From: an uncultured Acidobacteriota bacterium
GTDB lineage: Bacteria; Acidobacteriota; Vicinamibacteria; Vicinamibacterales; JAKQTR01
Length of the DNA: 64,000 nt
Reading direction: 5' to 3'
Assembly: GCA_963809475.1 (NCBI GenBank)
Contig: CAWEJS010000002.1
Coordinates: 471,722-535,721, forward strand
In this document: positions 46,412 through 55,709 of the stretch, in pieces
Position numbering within the stretch: the first letter of the stretch is position 1
Layout: each line of letters begins with the position of its first letter
Made by a program: the position numbers and the translations under genes
The notes under the pieces: model-generated
What the model saw: the letters and a program-made list of their open reading frames with translations, nothing else
Databases searched by the model: none
What the model was told of the DNA's origin: nothing

Positions 46412-47605
46412 CTACTGCAGCACGACCCGCTGCCCCTCGCTCAGCCCGCTGAGCACCTGCGTCTTCGTGCCGTTGCTCACGCCGACCTTGATGGGCCGCC
46501 GCTCGCGGTGGTTCTTCGCGCCCGGCACGTAGAGGTCCACCGAGGCATTGCGCTTCGTGTCGTACACGATGGCCGCCTCCGGGACGACGAGGGTCCGCTT
46601 GTGCTCCTCGAGGATGATCTCGGCGTTGGTCGTCATGTTGGCGAGGAGCTCGCCCGAGGCGTTGTCAATCGACACCTTGACCTCGAACGAGATCACGTTG
46701 TCCTTGTCGGTGCCCATCGGCGAGATCTGCGTGACCTTGCCGTCGAACTGCTTGTCACGGAAGGTCTCCACCTTGATGCGCGCCGGCTGGTTCAGCCGGA
46801 CCATGCCGATGTCGGCCTCGTCCACGTTGCCCTTCACGTAGACGCGGCTGATGTCGCCGAGCACCATCACGAGCGTCGCGTTCGCCCCGAGGTTCTGGAT
46901 GGACGAAACCGGGCTGCCGAGTTCGACGGGCCGCGAGAGCACCATCCCGTCGATAGGCGATCGGATGGTCGCGTTCGTGAGCTCCTCCTCTGCCCGCTCG
47001 ACGGACGCCTGGGCCGCCGCCACCGACGCCCGCGCCTGCGCCGTCTTCGCCTGGGCGATCCCGAGCTGCGTCTTGGCGGCCTGCTGCCGGTTCGCCGCCA
47101 TCTCGAGGGCGCTGCGGGCGTCGTCCAGGCCCTGCTGCGGCAGCAGCCGGTCGCCGAACAGCTTCTCGGCGCGCTCGAGGTTCCGGCGCGCGAAGGGCAC
47201 GTCGGGCCCCTCGGCTTCGACCTTGTTCTTCTCGAACTCCGCCTCCGCGGCCGTCACCGCCGCCTGCGCGCCGACGAGCGCCGCCCTCGCCTCGCGCAGC
47301 CGCGCCGCCAGGTTGTCCTTGTCCAGTTCGACGAGCACCTGCCCCACGGTCACCCGGTCGCCGACGTCGACCTTCAGTTCTTTGACGATGCCGTTCGCTT
47401 TCGACTTGATCTCGACCTTGGAGATCGGCTCGATGCGGCCCGTGGCTACGACCGATTTGGCCACGTCGCCGCGCTCGATCGCCGCAAGGCGTGCCGGGTC
47501 GATATCGCCACTGGACCCTCGGAGAGCCACCCACGCGGAACTGCTGACGATCAGCAGCGCAACCAGTACCCCCGCCCAGAAAAACCGCTTCTTCGTGATC
47601 TGCAT
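46412..47605 (-). CDS. HlyD/MacA-type membrane fusion (periplasmic adaptor) protein
   Basis: An N-terminal TM segment is followed by biotinyl-lipoyl-like, coiled-coil hairpin (ARLREARAALVGAQAAV...) and beta-barrel segments. Confidence 0.88.
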   Translation of the reverse strand: MQITKKRFFWAGVLVALLIVSSSAWVALRGSSGDIDPARLAAIERGDVAKSVVATGRIEPISKVEIKSKANGIVKELKVDVGDRVTVGQVLVELDKDNLAARLREARAALVGAQAAVTAAEAEFEKNKVEAEGPDVPFARRNLERAEKLFGDRLLPQQGLDDARSALEMAANRQQAAKTQLGIAQAKTAQARASVAAAQASVERAEEELTNATIRSPIDGMVLSRPVELGSPVSSIQNLGANATLVMVLGDISRVYVKGNVDEADIGMVRLNQPARIKVETFRDKQFDGKVTQISPMGTDKDNVISFEVKVSIDNASGELLANMTTNAEIILEEHKRTLVVPEAAIVYDTKRNASVDLYVPGAKNHRERRPIKVGVSNGTKTQVLSGLSEGQRVVLQ

Positions 47606-47813
47606 GTGTCAGGCCCCCACCCGCTTACGCTTTCATACGCACCCGGCCGGAACGCAGTTCCCAGTGTCAACTCATTGACGCTCATGGACCGGCTAGCGGA
47701 CAGACTCGGCGCGGCCGCGTGTTATGATGGGAAATCCTTGGAGTTCAGCCCGCCGGCCGGCGCGAAACGCGCGCCCGGAGCGGGCGTGTAGGGAAAGGAC
47801 GACACGAAGGCAC

Positions 47814-48155
47814 ATGGCAAAGATGACGAAGAAGACCGAGACGACAACCGGTGCGGCCAAGCCGGCCGCGCGACGCAAGACGACCGCCGCCCCGGCGCCC
47901 GAGGCGGAGAAGGCGACGACCCGGCGGCGCACGAAGTCCCAGTTGGAGCCGTCGCAGCCGGTGGCGGCCGCTGACAGCCGGCCCGTGAAGGCTGAACGGC
48001 CCGTGCGCACGGCCTTGCGTCACGAGCCCACCCACGAGGAGATCGCGCTGCGCGCGTATCACCTCTTCCTGCGCCGCCGCGGCTGGCCGGGAAGCCCGGA
48101 ACACGACTGGCTGCAGGCGGTCCACGAACTGCGGAGGGAGCGCGGGCTTCTCTGA
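47814..48155 (+). CDS. DUF2934-type small protein
   Basis: ATG 47814 precedes a low-complexity Lys/Thr/Ala/Pro N-terminus. The C-terminal PTHEEIALRAYHLFLRRRGWPGSPEHDWLQAVHEL matches the DUF2934 pattern I recall. Confidence 0.65.
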   Translation: MAKMTKKTETTTGAAKPAARRKTTAAPAPEAEKATTRRRTKSQLEPSQPVAAADSRPVKAERPVRTALRHEPTHEEIALRAYHLFLRRRGWPGSPEHDWLQAVHELRRERGLL

Positions 48156-48179
48156 TTCCGGATTTGCGTGGTTCGAGCC

Positions 48180-48239
48180 GGGGCCAAGCCCTTTATGGGG
48201 CCTGGCCCTTTTTCACTTTCTGCATAGGGGCCTGGCCCC
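48180..48239. repeat. three tandem copies of a GGGGCC(A/T)(A/G)GCCC(C) hairpin core
   Basis: The copies are GGGGCCAAGCCC (48180-48191), GGGGCCTGGCCC followed by TTTTT (48197-48213), and GGGGCCTGGCCCC (48227-48239). They lie between convergent genes, and the same core occurs at 36395-36407. Confidence 0.7.
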
Positions 48240-48249
48240 ATTTCCGTTT

Positions 48250-50638
48250 TCAGAAGGCGAGGGAGAGCCCGGCGTAGACGTTCCGGCCGGCGGCCGGGAT
48301 GAAGAGCGCCACTCCGCTGTCCACGTAGCCGAACGACGTGTAGCGCCGGTTCAGCAGGTTGTTCATCCGCAGGTCGAGGGCCCAGCGCCCCTTTCCCAGC
48401 ATCCCTGTCACGCGGACCGGCAGCGGCACCTTCGCCGCGGCGTCGACGGTCGTGTAGGAGGGATTCACCCGATCGGCGCGCGCCGTGTTGTCGAGGAAGA
48501 ACCGCCCGGCGTGCCGGAGTGCCATGGAGACCCGGCTCGCGCCGATGTCGGCGTGGGCGGACGCCGACGCCATCACGTCGGGGAACCCGGCCACGCGGTT
48601 CCCGTCGTAGACGGCCGTGCCGCCCTCGAAGTCGTGCTCCCGGTAGCGGACGAAGGTGTTCCGCGCGACGGACAGCGCCGCGTCCAGGCCGATCCGGGCC
48701 GGGAGGCTGACGCTGCCGTCGAACTCCAGGCCGCGGCGCCGGGACCGCGCGCCGTTGCCGTACACCGGCACGCCGTTGTCGTCGAGCGCGCCGGCGTAGA
48801 CGATCTCGTTGCGGAAGTCCATCCAGAACGCATTGGCGCGCAGGCGCCATCTCTTGCGCCGCCACGAGGTCCCCGCCTCGAGGTTCCACACGTCTTCGGG
48901 ATCGAGGATGGCCGGGGCCGTCGCATAGTAGTCCTGCGGATCGTAGAGGTTCCGGAAGAACGGCTCGCGCATGCCGCGGGCCGCGGTGGCGTAGGCGTCG
49001 CCGCCCGCGCCGAGCTTCACCACGACGCCGGCGCGCGGCAGCACGAAGCCGTAGGACCTCGTGAAGGCGACGCCCCTCAACCGGTCCTCGGACATCTCGT
49101 AGGTATGTCGCGAGAGCTGCAGCCCGGCGCTCAGCGTCACGCGTGGCGAAGCCGCCACCCGCGCCGACACGGCCCCGGTGGCGGTGTGCTTGGCCACCCG
49201 GTAGTCGTAGTAGCGGTGGTCCGGTTCGACGCCCGCCGGGTAGTACTGGGCCCAGGTGACCTCGCCGACGTGGTGCGCCCGGTGGAGGCGCCACTCCCCC
49301 GTCACGTCGAGGCCCACGCGCCCGAACTGCCGCGTCCACGACGGCACCCAGCCGGCGTCCCACTCGTCGACGTTCCGGCGCCGCACGAGGTCGCTGCGCG
49401 CAATCGCCGCGCCGTCGGAGCCCCGTGCATCGGGCAGGTCGTACTCGAAGAGCCAGCGCTGCCCGCGGAACTGGTCGTAGTACCCCGACCCCTGGAACGC
49501 GTAGATCGTCTGGCTGAACGTCGACTGATCGGAGAGCCTGACGTCGTGGACGAGCTGGTAGTGCGGCTGGAAGAAGTGGTCGGTCTCGCCGGGCCAGGAG
49601 ATCGGGTTCGTGCGCCGATCGCGACTGGCGTCGCCGGTGAGGCCCCCGTTCAGGGTCTCGCGATCGATGCCGCTGTACGCAAGGTGCGTCCGCTCGGGCC
49701 CGCCGAAGAACACCGCCCGCACGCGCGACCGCTCTCCGAACCGCGCCAGTGACACGTAGTAGTTCCACATGTCGGCCCACGACTGGTCGCGGTAGCCGTC
49801 GGTCGTCAGCCGCGAGTAGCGGGCCGAAAGGGCCCACGCGCCGTGCAGGAGACCGGACTCCCAGACGAGCGACAGCCGGCGCGTGCCGAACGACCCCGCG
49901 CCCGTCTGCATCGAGAACGCCGGCTGCACGGACGGCTGCGCGGTCGTGAAGTCGAGGGCGCCGCCGAGGCCCGAGAGCCCCGTCACGCCGCGTTGCACCT
50001 GCACGTCGCCCGTGGTGGCCAGGAAGTCGGCGAGGTCGATGAAGAACAGCTCGCCCGACTCGGCGTCGTTGAGCGGCGCGGCGTTCAGCATCACGCGGGT
50101 GCGGGCCTGGCCGAACCCCCGAATCGAGAAGTACGAGTAGCCGATGCCGTTGCCGCTGTCGTTCGTCGCGAACACGCCGGGCACGAGCTGCGCCAGCAGC
50201 ATTGCGGGATCCTGGCCCCAGTGCGCGTCGCTGATGGCCTGCCGCGGCACGTTCGAGAACGTCGCGGCGTCCGCCCCCTCGCGGGCGCGGCCGGCCGTCA
50301 CTTCGATGCGGTCGGACACGGTGACGATTGGCGCCAGGCGCACGTCGAGCTGGGTGCCCGGCCGATCGACCACGGCCCGCTGAACGTAGTAGCCGGGGCT
50401 ACGAGACGACCAGCGTCACGCTCCCCGCGGGGCCGGCATCGACGGCAAAGCGTCCGTCGCCGTCCGCGACGACCGACGTTCCGCGATCGGGAATCTCGAC
50501 ACGCGCGGCAACGGGCGCGCCGGTTTCGGCATCGACGATCCGCCCGGTGATGGTCAGGGTCTGCGCCGCGCCCGGGACGACCAGGGCGGGCATGGCAGCG
50601 AGGAAGGCCGCGACGAACAGGAGGCGCGCGAGTTTCAT
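48250..50638 (-). pseudogene. TonB-dependent outer-membrane receptor with N-terminal CarboxypepD_reg-like domain, apparent frameshift near 50399
   Basis: ORF 50399..50638 encodes a signal peptide plus TITGRIVDAETGAPV...SVTLVVS-stop. After a 1-nt shift the text continues SPGYYVQRAVVDRPGTQLDV... into the 707-aa plug plus barrel ORF, which ends ...YAGLSLAF. The large ORF has no signal peptide of its own. Confidence 0.75.
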
Positions 50639-50756
50639 CGTTCCCTACGCCGGTGTGACCCGGATCAGGTTCAAAGGGTGTGATCTCAGCCCCGCGTTGT
50701 GCGGGACACCCCTACGACTGTGGCTGGATGTACTGTGACCCAGGCGCGCGCCGCGG

Positions 50757-51185
50757 TCAAGAGCGGTGCGACTGGAGCAGCAGGACCGGCACCTTCAGCA
50801 GGTGCCGCACCTTGTCCGCGGTGGCCCCGAGGATGATGTCCTTCACGAGGCGGTGGCCGTGGGTGGCCATCGCCACGAGGTCGGCGTGCTCGGAGTCGGC
50901 CGCGCGGACGATCTCGGTGGCCGGGTCGCCCTTGGCGAGGCGCGCCTCCACGGCGTAGCCGTCCGCGGCGAGGCCCGCGCGCAACCCGTCGAGATACTCC
51001 CGATCCTCCTGGATCTCCTTCGACTCGCGCAGCGCGAGTTCGTCATAGGCCCGGGCCGCCCACCCGTCCGCGACGTGCAGCAGCACCAGCGTCGCGCCGC
51101 ACATCTTCGCCAGGGGCTTCACGTGCTCGATGATCGTGCCGTCGGCGTCCGAGTGTTCCACCGCCACCAGGATCCGCTTGTACAT
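50757..51185 (-). CDS. universal stress protein (UspA family)
   Basis: The internal ATG 51185 gives MYKRILVAVEHSD...LVAMATHGH...GATADKVRHLLKVPVLLL. It lies 5 nt downstream of the mntH stop. Confidence 0.85.
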   Translation of the reverse strand: MYKRILVAVEHSDADGTIIEHVKPLAKMCGATLVLLHVADGWAARAYDELALRESKEIQEDREYLDGLRAGLAADGYAVEARLAKGDPATEIVRAADSEHADLVAMATHGHRLVKDIILGATADKVRHLLKVPVLLLQSHRS

Positions 51186-51190
51186 CGTCG

Positions 51191-52501
51191 TCAGCCCCCC
51201 CAGATCGTCTGCGCGAGCAGCCACACGTTCAAACCCGCGATCAGAATCGCCACGGGCCACGCGAGCCCGCGCAGCCAGAGCGGCGCCACCGCGCGCCCCA
51301 TCTTCTTCCTGTCGCCCGTGAACATCACGAGCGGGAACACGGCGAACGGCAGCTGCAGACTCAGGATCACCTGGCTCAGGATGAGCAGCTTGCCGATCCC
51401 CCCGTCGCCGTAGATGACGATCGTGACGAGCGCCGGCACGATGGCGACGGACCGGGTGATGAGCCGGCGCAGCCACGGCCGCAGCCGGAGGTTCAGGAAT
51501 CCCTCCATCACGATCTGGCCGGCCAGCGTCCCGGTCAGCGTCGAGTTCTGGCCGGAGAAGAGCAGCGTCACCGCGAACAGCGTGCTCGCGAGCGTCGTGC
51601 CGAGGAGCGGGGCCAGCAGCTTGTGGGCGTCCGTGATGTCCGCCACCCATTCGTACTGCGTGCCGTGGAACGCGGCGGCCGACACAACGAGGATGGCGCC
51701 GTTGATGAAGAGCGCCGACATCAGCGCCACCGTCGAGTCGATGGTCGCGAAGCGGATCGCCTCGCCCCGCCCTTCGTCCGTGTCCGCGTACATGCGCGTC
51801 TGCACGACCGAGGAGTGGAGGTACAGGTTGTGCGGCATCACCGTCGCGCCGAGGATCCCCACGGCGATGTACAGCATGTCCGGGTTGCGCAGGATCTCGG
51901 CGGTCGGCACGAAGCCGTGCAGGACGCCCGCGAGGCTCGGCTTCGCCAGGACGAGCTCGATCGCGAACCCGCCGGCGATCCCGAGGATCAGCGTGAGCAC
52001 GATCCCCTCGAGGATCCGGAACCGGTGCTGCTGCACGAACAGGACGATGAGCACGTCGAGCGAGGTGAGGAGCACGCCGAAGACCAGCGGCACGCCGAAG
52101 AGCAGGCGGAGCGCGACGGCCGAGCCGATCACCTCCGCGAGGTCGCAGGCGGCGATGGCGATCTCCGCGAGCACCCAGAGCGCGATGGCCACCGGCTTCC
52201 GGTAGTACGCCCGGCAGGCCTGGGCGAGGTCGTAGCTCGTGCCGACGCCCAGCCGCACCGCGAGGGCCTGCAGCAGGATCGCCATCAGGTTCGACAGCAT
52301 GATCACGCTGAGCAGCGCGTAGCCGAAGCGGGCGCCGCCGGCGAGGTCCGTCGCCCAGTTGCCCGGGTCCATATAGCCGACCGCGATGAGGTAGCCGGGC
52401 CCCGAGAACGCGAGCAGCTTGCGCCAGAACCCTGCGCCCGCCGGGATCGGCACCGTCCCGTGCGACTCGGGCAGGCTCTTCCGGGATGGTTCCATGCCCA
52501 C
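51191..52501 (-). CDS. mntH: Nramp-family divalent metal (Mn2+/Fe2+) transporter
   Basis: The GYMDPGNWATDL motif, 11-12 TM segments and the 436-aa length fit. Confidence 0.92.
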   Translation of the reverse strand: MGMEPSRKSLPESHGTVPIPAGAGFWRKLLAFSGPGYLIAVGYMDPGNWATDLAGGARFGYALLSVIMLSNLMAILLQALAVRLGVGTSYDLAQACRAYYRKPVAIALWVLAEIAIAACDLAEVIGSAVALRLLFGVPLVFGVLLTSLDVLIVLFVQQHRFRILEGIVLTLILGIAGGFAIELVLAKPSLAGVLHGFVPTAEILRNPDMLYIAVGILGATVMPHNLYLHSSVVQTRMYADTDEGRGEAIRFATIDSTVALMSALFINGAILVVSAAAFHGTQYEWVADITDAHKLLAPLLGTTLASTLFAVTLLFSGQNSTLTGTLAGQIVMEGFLNLRLRPWLRRLITRSVAIVPALVTIVIYGDGGIGKLLILSQVILSLQLPFAVFPLVMFTGDRKKMGRAVAPLWLRGLAWPVAILIAGLNVWLLAQTIWGG

Positions 52502-52531
52502 GGCGGTACTTTACAACAGAGGCCGGAAGAA

Positions 52532-52556
52532 CCCCGAGTCCCGAATCCCGAGTCCC
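52532..52556 (-). repeat. heptamer array GGGACTC-GGGATTC-GGGACTC-GGGG (minus-strand reading)
   Basis: The plus strand reads CCCCGAGTCCCGAATCCCGAGTCCC. The array lies 31 nt upstream of the mntH ATG and about 30 nt upstream of the divergent tRNA-Arg gene. It holds three GANTC sites at 7-bp spacing. Confidence 0.8.
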
Positions 52557-52586
52557 GAACGTCGCTGTGGTATCATCGACTTCCGT

Positions 52587-52660
<74 letters not shown>

Positions 52661-52671
52661 CTCTCGTAATT

Positions 52672-52748
<77 letters not shown>

Positions 52749-52806
52749 CTCTTCGCAGCAGTCCGGATCCCGGCCGCCCACCCTGCCGCCGTGCTATCGT
52801 GGCGCC

Positions 52807-54378
52807 ATGCGCGCAGAACTTCGCTGGATGCTCATCCTGAGCGTGGTGACGGTCGGCGGTTGCGGAGGCGGCAACGGCAGCTCGGGGGGCACGGGGGGCA
52901 CGACCGGCTCCTGGACCAAGGGCGTATTCGAGCCGTCGGTCACCTTCCAGAACCAGTGCGCCAGCCCGCGCACGGGCATCGATCCCGGGACCGGCACGCG
53001 CTATCCCGATGTCCAGGGCTCGACCCTGACCGAGAACCGCTTCCTGCGTTCGTGGACCAACGAACTGTATCTCTGGTACAGCGAAGTCCCGGACCTCAAT
53101 CCCGCGTCGTACTCGACCCCGGGCTACTTCAACGTGCTGAAGACGACCTCCGTTACGCCGTCCGGCAACTTGAAGGACCGGTTTCATTTCACGTATTCGA
53201 CGGCCGAGTGGGACGCGCTGTCGCAGTCCGGCGTGGAAGCGGGATACGGCGCGCAGTTCCTCGTGATTGCGTCGAGGCCGCCCCGCCTCGTCCGGGTCGC
53301 GTACACGGAACCGGGCTCTCCCGCGACGACGGCGCCCGCGAACCTGGTTCGGGGGGCGACGGTGCTGACCGTCGACGGGGTGGACGTCGTCAACGCAGCC
53401 GACAGCGCGAGCGTCGCCACGCTGAATGAAGGCATGTTCCCATCCAAGGCCGGAGCGTCCCACACGTTTTCCATCCTCGACGTCGGGGCGAGCACGCCTC
53501 GCACCATCACGATGGTCTCCGCCAACGTGACGTCGACGCCGGTGCAGAACGCCGGAACCATCAGCACCGCGGCCGGCAAGGTGGGCTACATGCTGTTCAA
53601 CGATCACCTCGCGACGGCAGAGCAGGCGCTGGTGAACGCCTTCCGCCAGCTTGCGGCGGCGAACGTCGCCGACCTGGTGCTCGACATCCGCTACAACGGC
53701 GGCGGCTACCTCGACATCGCCAGCGAGGTGGCCTACATGGTCGCGGGCTCCGGGCAAACCGCCGGGCGGACGTTCGAGAAGACCGTGTTCAATGACAAGC
53801 ACCCGACGCGGGATCCCGTCACCGGACAGCCGATCGTGCCGGTCCCGTTCTATACGACCTCCCAGGGATTCTCCGTGCCGAGCGGCCAGACTCTGCCGAC
53901 CCTCAACCTCTCGCGGGTGGTCGTGCTGACCGGAGCGAATACCTGCTCGGCCAGCGAGTCCATCATCAACGGCCTCAACGGCGCGGGCGTTCAGGTCCTG
54001 CAGATCGGATCGACGACCTGCGGAAAGCCCTACGGCTTCTATCCTCAGGACAACTGCGGCACGACGTACTTCTCGATCGAATTCAAGGGCATCAACGACA
54101 AGGGGTTCGGGGACTACCCGGACGGGTTCTCCCCGGCCAACGCCACGGGCCCGGCCGGCGTTCTGACGCCCGGCTGTGCGGTGGCCGACGATTTTGATCA
54201 CGGCCTCGGCGATCCGAACGAAGGCAGATTGGCGGCGGCCCTGGGCTACCTGGCCGACGGGACCTGCCCAGCCGCGTCTGCCGTTTCCCCGGCTGCGGGC
54301 GAAACTCAGGCGCCGGTCCCGGGCGAAGGGTCGCTTTCCAGATCTCCGTGGCGTGAGAACCGCATCCTGCGGCGGTGA
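52807..54378 (+). CDS. lipoprotein, S41-family (tail-specific/C-terminal processing type) peptidase-like
   Basis: ATG 52807 gives MRAELRWMLILSVVTVGGCGG (lipobox). LVLDIRYNGGGYLDIASEVAYM resembles the S41 DLRxNxGG region. The assignment is moderate. Confidence 0.65.
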   Translation: MRAELRWMLILSVVTVGGCGGGNGSSGGTGGTTGSWTKGVFEPSVTFQNQCASPRTGIDPGTGTRYPDVQGSTLTENRFLRSWTNELYLWYSEVPDLNPASYSTPGYFNVLKTTSVTPSGNLKDRFHFTYSTAEWDALSQSGVEAGYGAQFLVIASRPPRLVRVAYTEPGSPATTAPANLVRGATVLTVDGVDVVNAADSASVATLNEGMFPSKAGASHTFSILDVGASTPRTITMVSANVTSTPVQNAGTISTAAGKVGYMLFNDHLATAEQALVNAFRQLAAANVADLVLDIRYNGGGYLDIASEVAYMVAGSGQTAGRTFEKTVFNDKHPTRDPVTGQPIVPVPFYTTSQGFSVPSGQTLPTLNLSRVVVLTGANTCSASESIINGLNGAGVQVLQIGSTTCGKPYGFYPQDNCGTTYFSIEFKGINDKGFGDYPDGFSPANATGPAGVLTPGCAVADDFDHGLGDPNEGRLAAALGYLADGTCPAASAVSPAAGETQAPVPGEGSLSRSPWRENRILRR

Positions 54379-54761
54379 CTGACGTGCGGCGCTTGACGTG
54401 CATGGTGAGCGTGGCGGGAACGCTGCTCGTGGCCGGTTGCCACCAGCGGTGGGTACCGCCCGAGGTGCCCGCCGTGCTCACGAGCCCGACCGCGCCGAGT
54501 CACGCGGAGCTGGTGCGCGTCGTGAGTGCGGCGATGGACGGGGCGCCGGTGACCCTCGCCGACAACGCCCTGACGGCCGACGGCATGCTGATCGTCGAGC
54601 GGGCTCAACATCGCGGCGCAAAGGACATGAACCTCAGCGGGCGCGAGACCGGCCGGCCTGCGCACTTCAGGCTGGTGAAGAGCGGTTCGCGGTGTGTGCT
54701 GGTGCACCAGGAGACTGCCCGGCGTTGGACGCTGACGTCCGCGACCTGCTCGCCGCGCTGA
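54375..54761 (+). CDS. small lipoprotein, function unknown
   Basis: The GTG 54375 start overlaps the upstream stop (GTGA). The lipobox is SVAGTLLVAGC. Confidence 0.55.
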   Translation: MTDVRRLTCMVSVAGTLLVAGCHQRWVPPEVPAVLTSPTAPSHAELVRVVSAAMDGAPVTLADNALTADGMLIVERAQHRGAKDMNLSGRETGRPAHFRLVKSGSRCVLVHQETARRWTLTSATCSPR

Positions 54762-54787
54762 GCGCGATCAGAGTAGCTGGGCAAGCC

Positions 54788-55687
54788 TCACACGAGCGTC
54801 TTGAGATAGGCGACGCTCTGCTGGGTCAACTCCCAGTTCTGTTCGACGTAGTAGCTCTGGATCCCCGCCGCCTTCGCCGCCTTGAAGGTCGTCACCCAGT
54901 CGATGCTCCCCTTCCCGACCGCCACCTGCGGGCGCCGCCCCCCGCGTCCGCTGGCGTCCGGAGGCGGCACCGGGGCGTTCATGTCGATGTCCTGCAGGTG
55001 CATCGAGTTGAACCGGCCGGGGTACTTCGCGAAGTACTCGGCGCCGACCAGACCGGCGGTGATCGTGGACATCTGGAACTGGAACTTCACCAGCTTCGGA
55101 TCGAGCAGTTCCAGCAACAGGTCGTACACCCGCCTGCCCTCGACCATCGCGATCTCGAATCCCTCGTTGTGCAGGCCCTGTTGCATCCCGGCCTTTGCCG
55201 CCACGGCGGCGATCGCGTTGTACTCATCCGCCGCGTGCTTCACCTGGTCGAGGGTCGGCGAGTTCCCGCCGTTCCCGTCGCCGAGCGTCGCGGTGACCAT
55301 CTGGGTGATGCCCACGTCTTTCGCCCACGCGATGCTCTGCTGCTGGGTGGCCCTCAGCTCCTTCATGCTGAAGTGGCTGCTCTCGGCCTTCATGCCGTGA
55401 TCCGCGAGGATCGTCCGGACAGCCTTGCCGTCGGCCAGCGAAGCGAAGTCGGCGCCGTAGCCGATCGGCGAGCACAGCTCGAGCCGGGTCACGCCGATGC
55501 CGGCCATCATCTTGACGAAGGCCGGGAAGTCCTTCAGCATCGAGCGCACGGGATAGACCTGGCTCCCGATGGGCAGGCCCAGCGGGTTCGCACGAAGGCG
55601 CGGCGCGCGCGCGGCCATGAATCCGGTTGCTCCCGCGGCGGCTGCCCTCTCCATGAATTCACGTCTCGAAAGTCGAGTCATTGCCAT
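54788..55687 (-). CDS. Tat-exported sugar phosphate isomerase/epimerase (xylose isomerase-like TIM barrel)
   Basis: The twin-arginine leader is MAMTRLSRREFMERAAAAGATGF. The AP endonuclease 2/TIM-barrel-like body fits at 299 aa. Confidence 0.75.
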   Translation of the reverse strand: MAMTRLSRREFMERAAAAGATGFMAARAPRLRANPLGLPIGSQVYPVRSMLKDFPAFVKMMAGIGVTRLELCSPIGYGADFASLADGKAVRTILADHGMKAESSHFSMKELRATQQQSIAWAKDVGITQMVTATLGDGNGGNSPTLDQVKHAADEYNAIAAVAAKAGMQQGLHNEGFEIAMVEGRRVYDLLLELLDPKLVKFQFQMSTITAGLVGAEYFAKYPGRFNSMHLQDIDMNAPVPPPDASGRGGRRPQVAVGKGSIDWVTTFKAAKAAGIQSYYVEQNWELTQQSVAYLKTLV

Positions 55688-55709
55688 CTCTCCTGTCTAC
55701 TGTCTACAC

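Noticed and set aside
50639-50756. A Fur/MntR-type operator upstream of the TonB-dependent receptor.
   Set aside because: There is only a loose GTGTGA…GGTGTGATC repetition, with no AT-rich 19-bp Fur-box-like palindrome. This is too weak to call.
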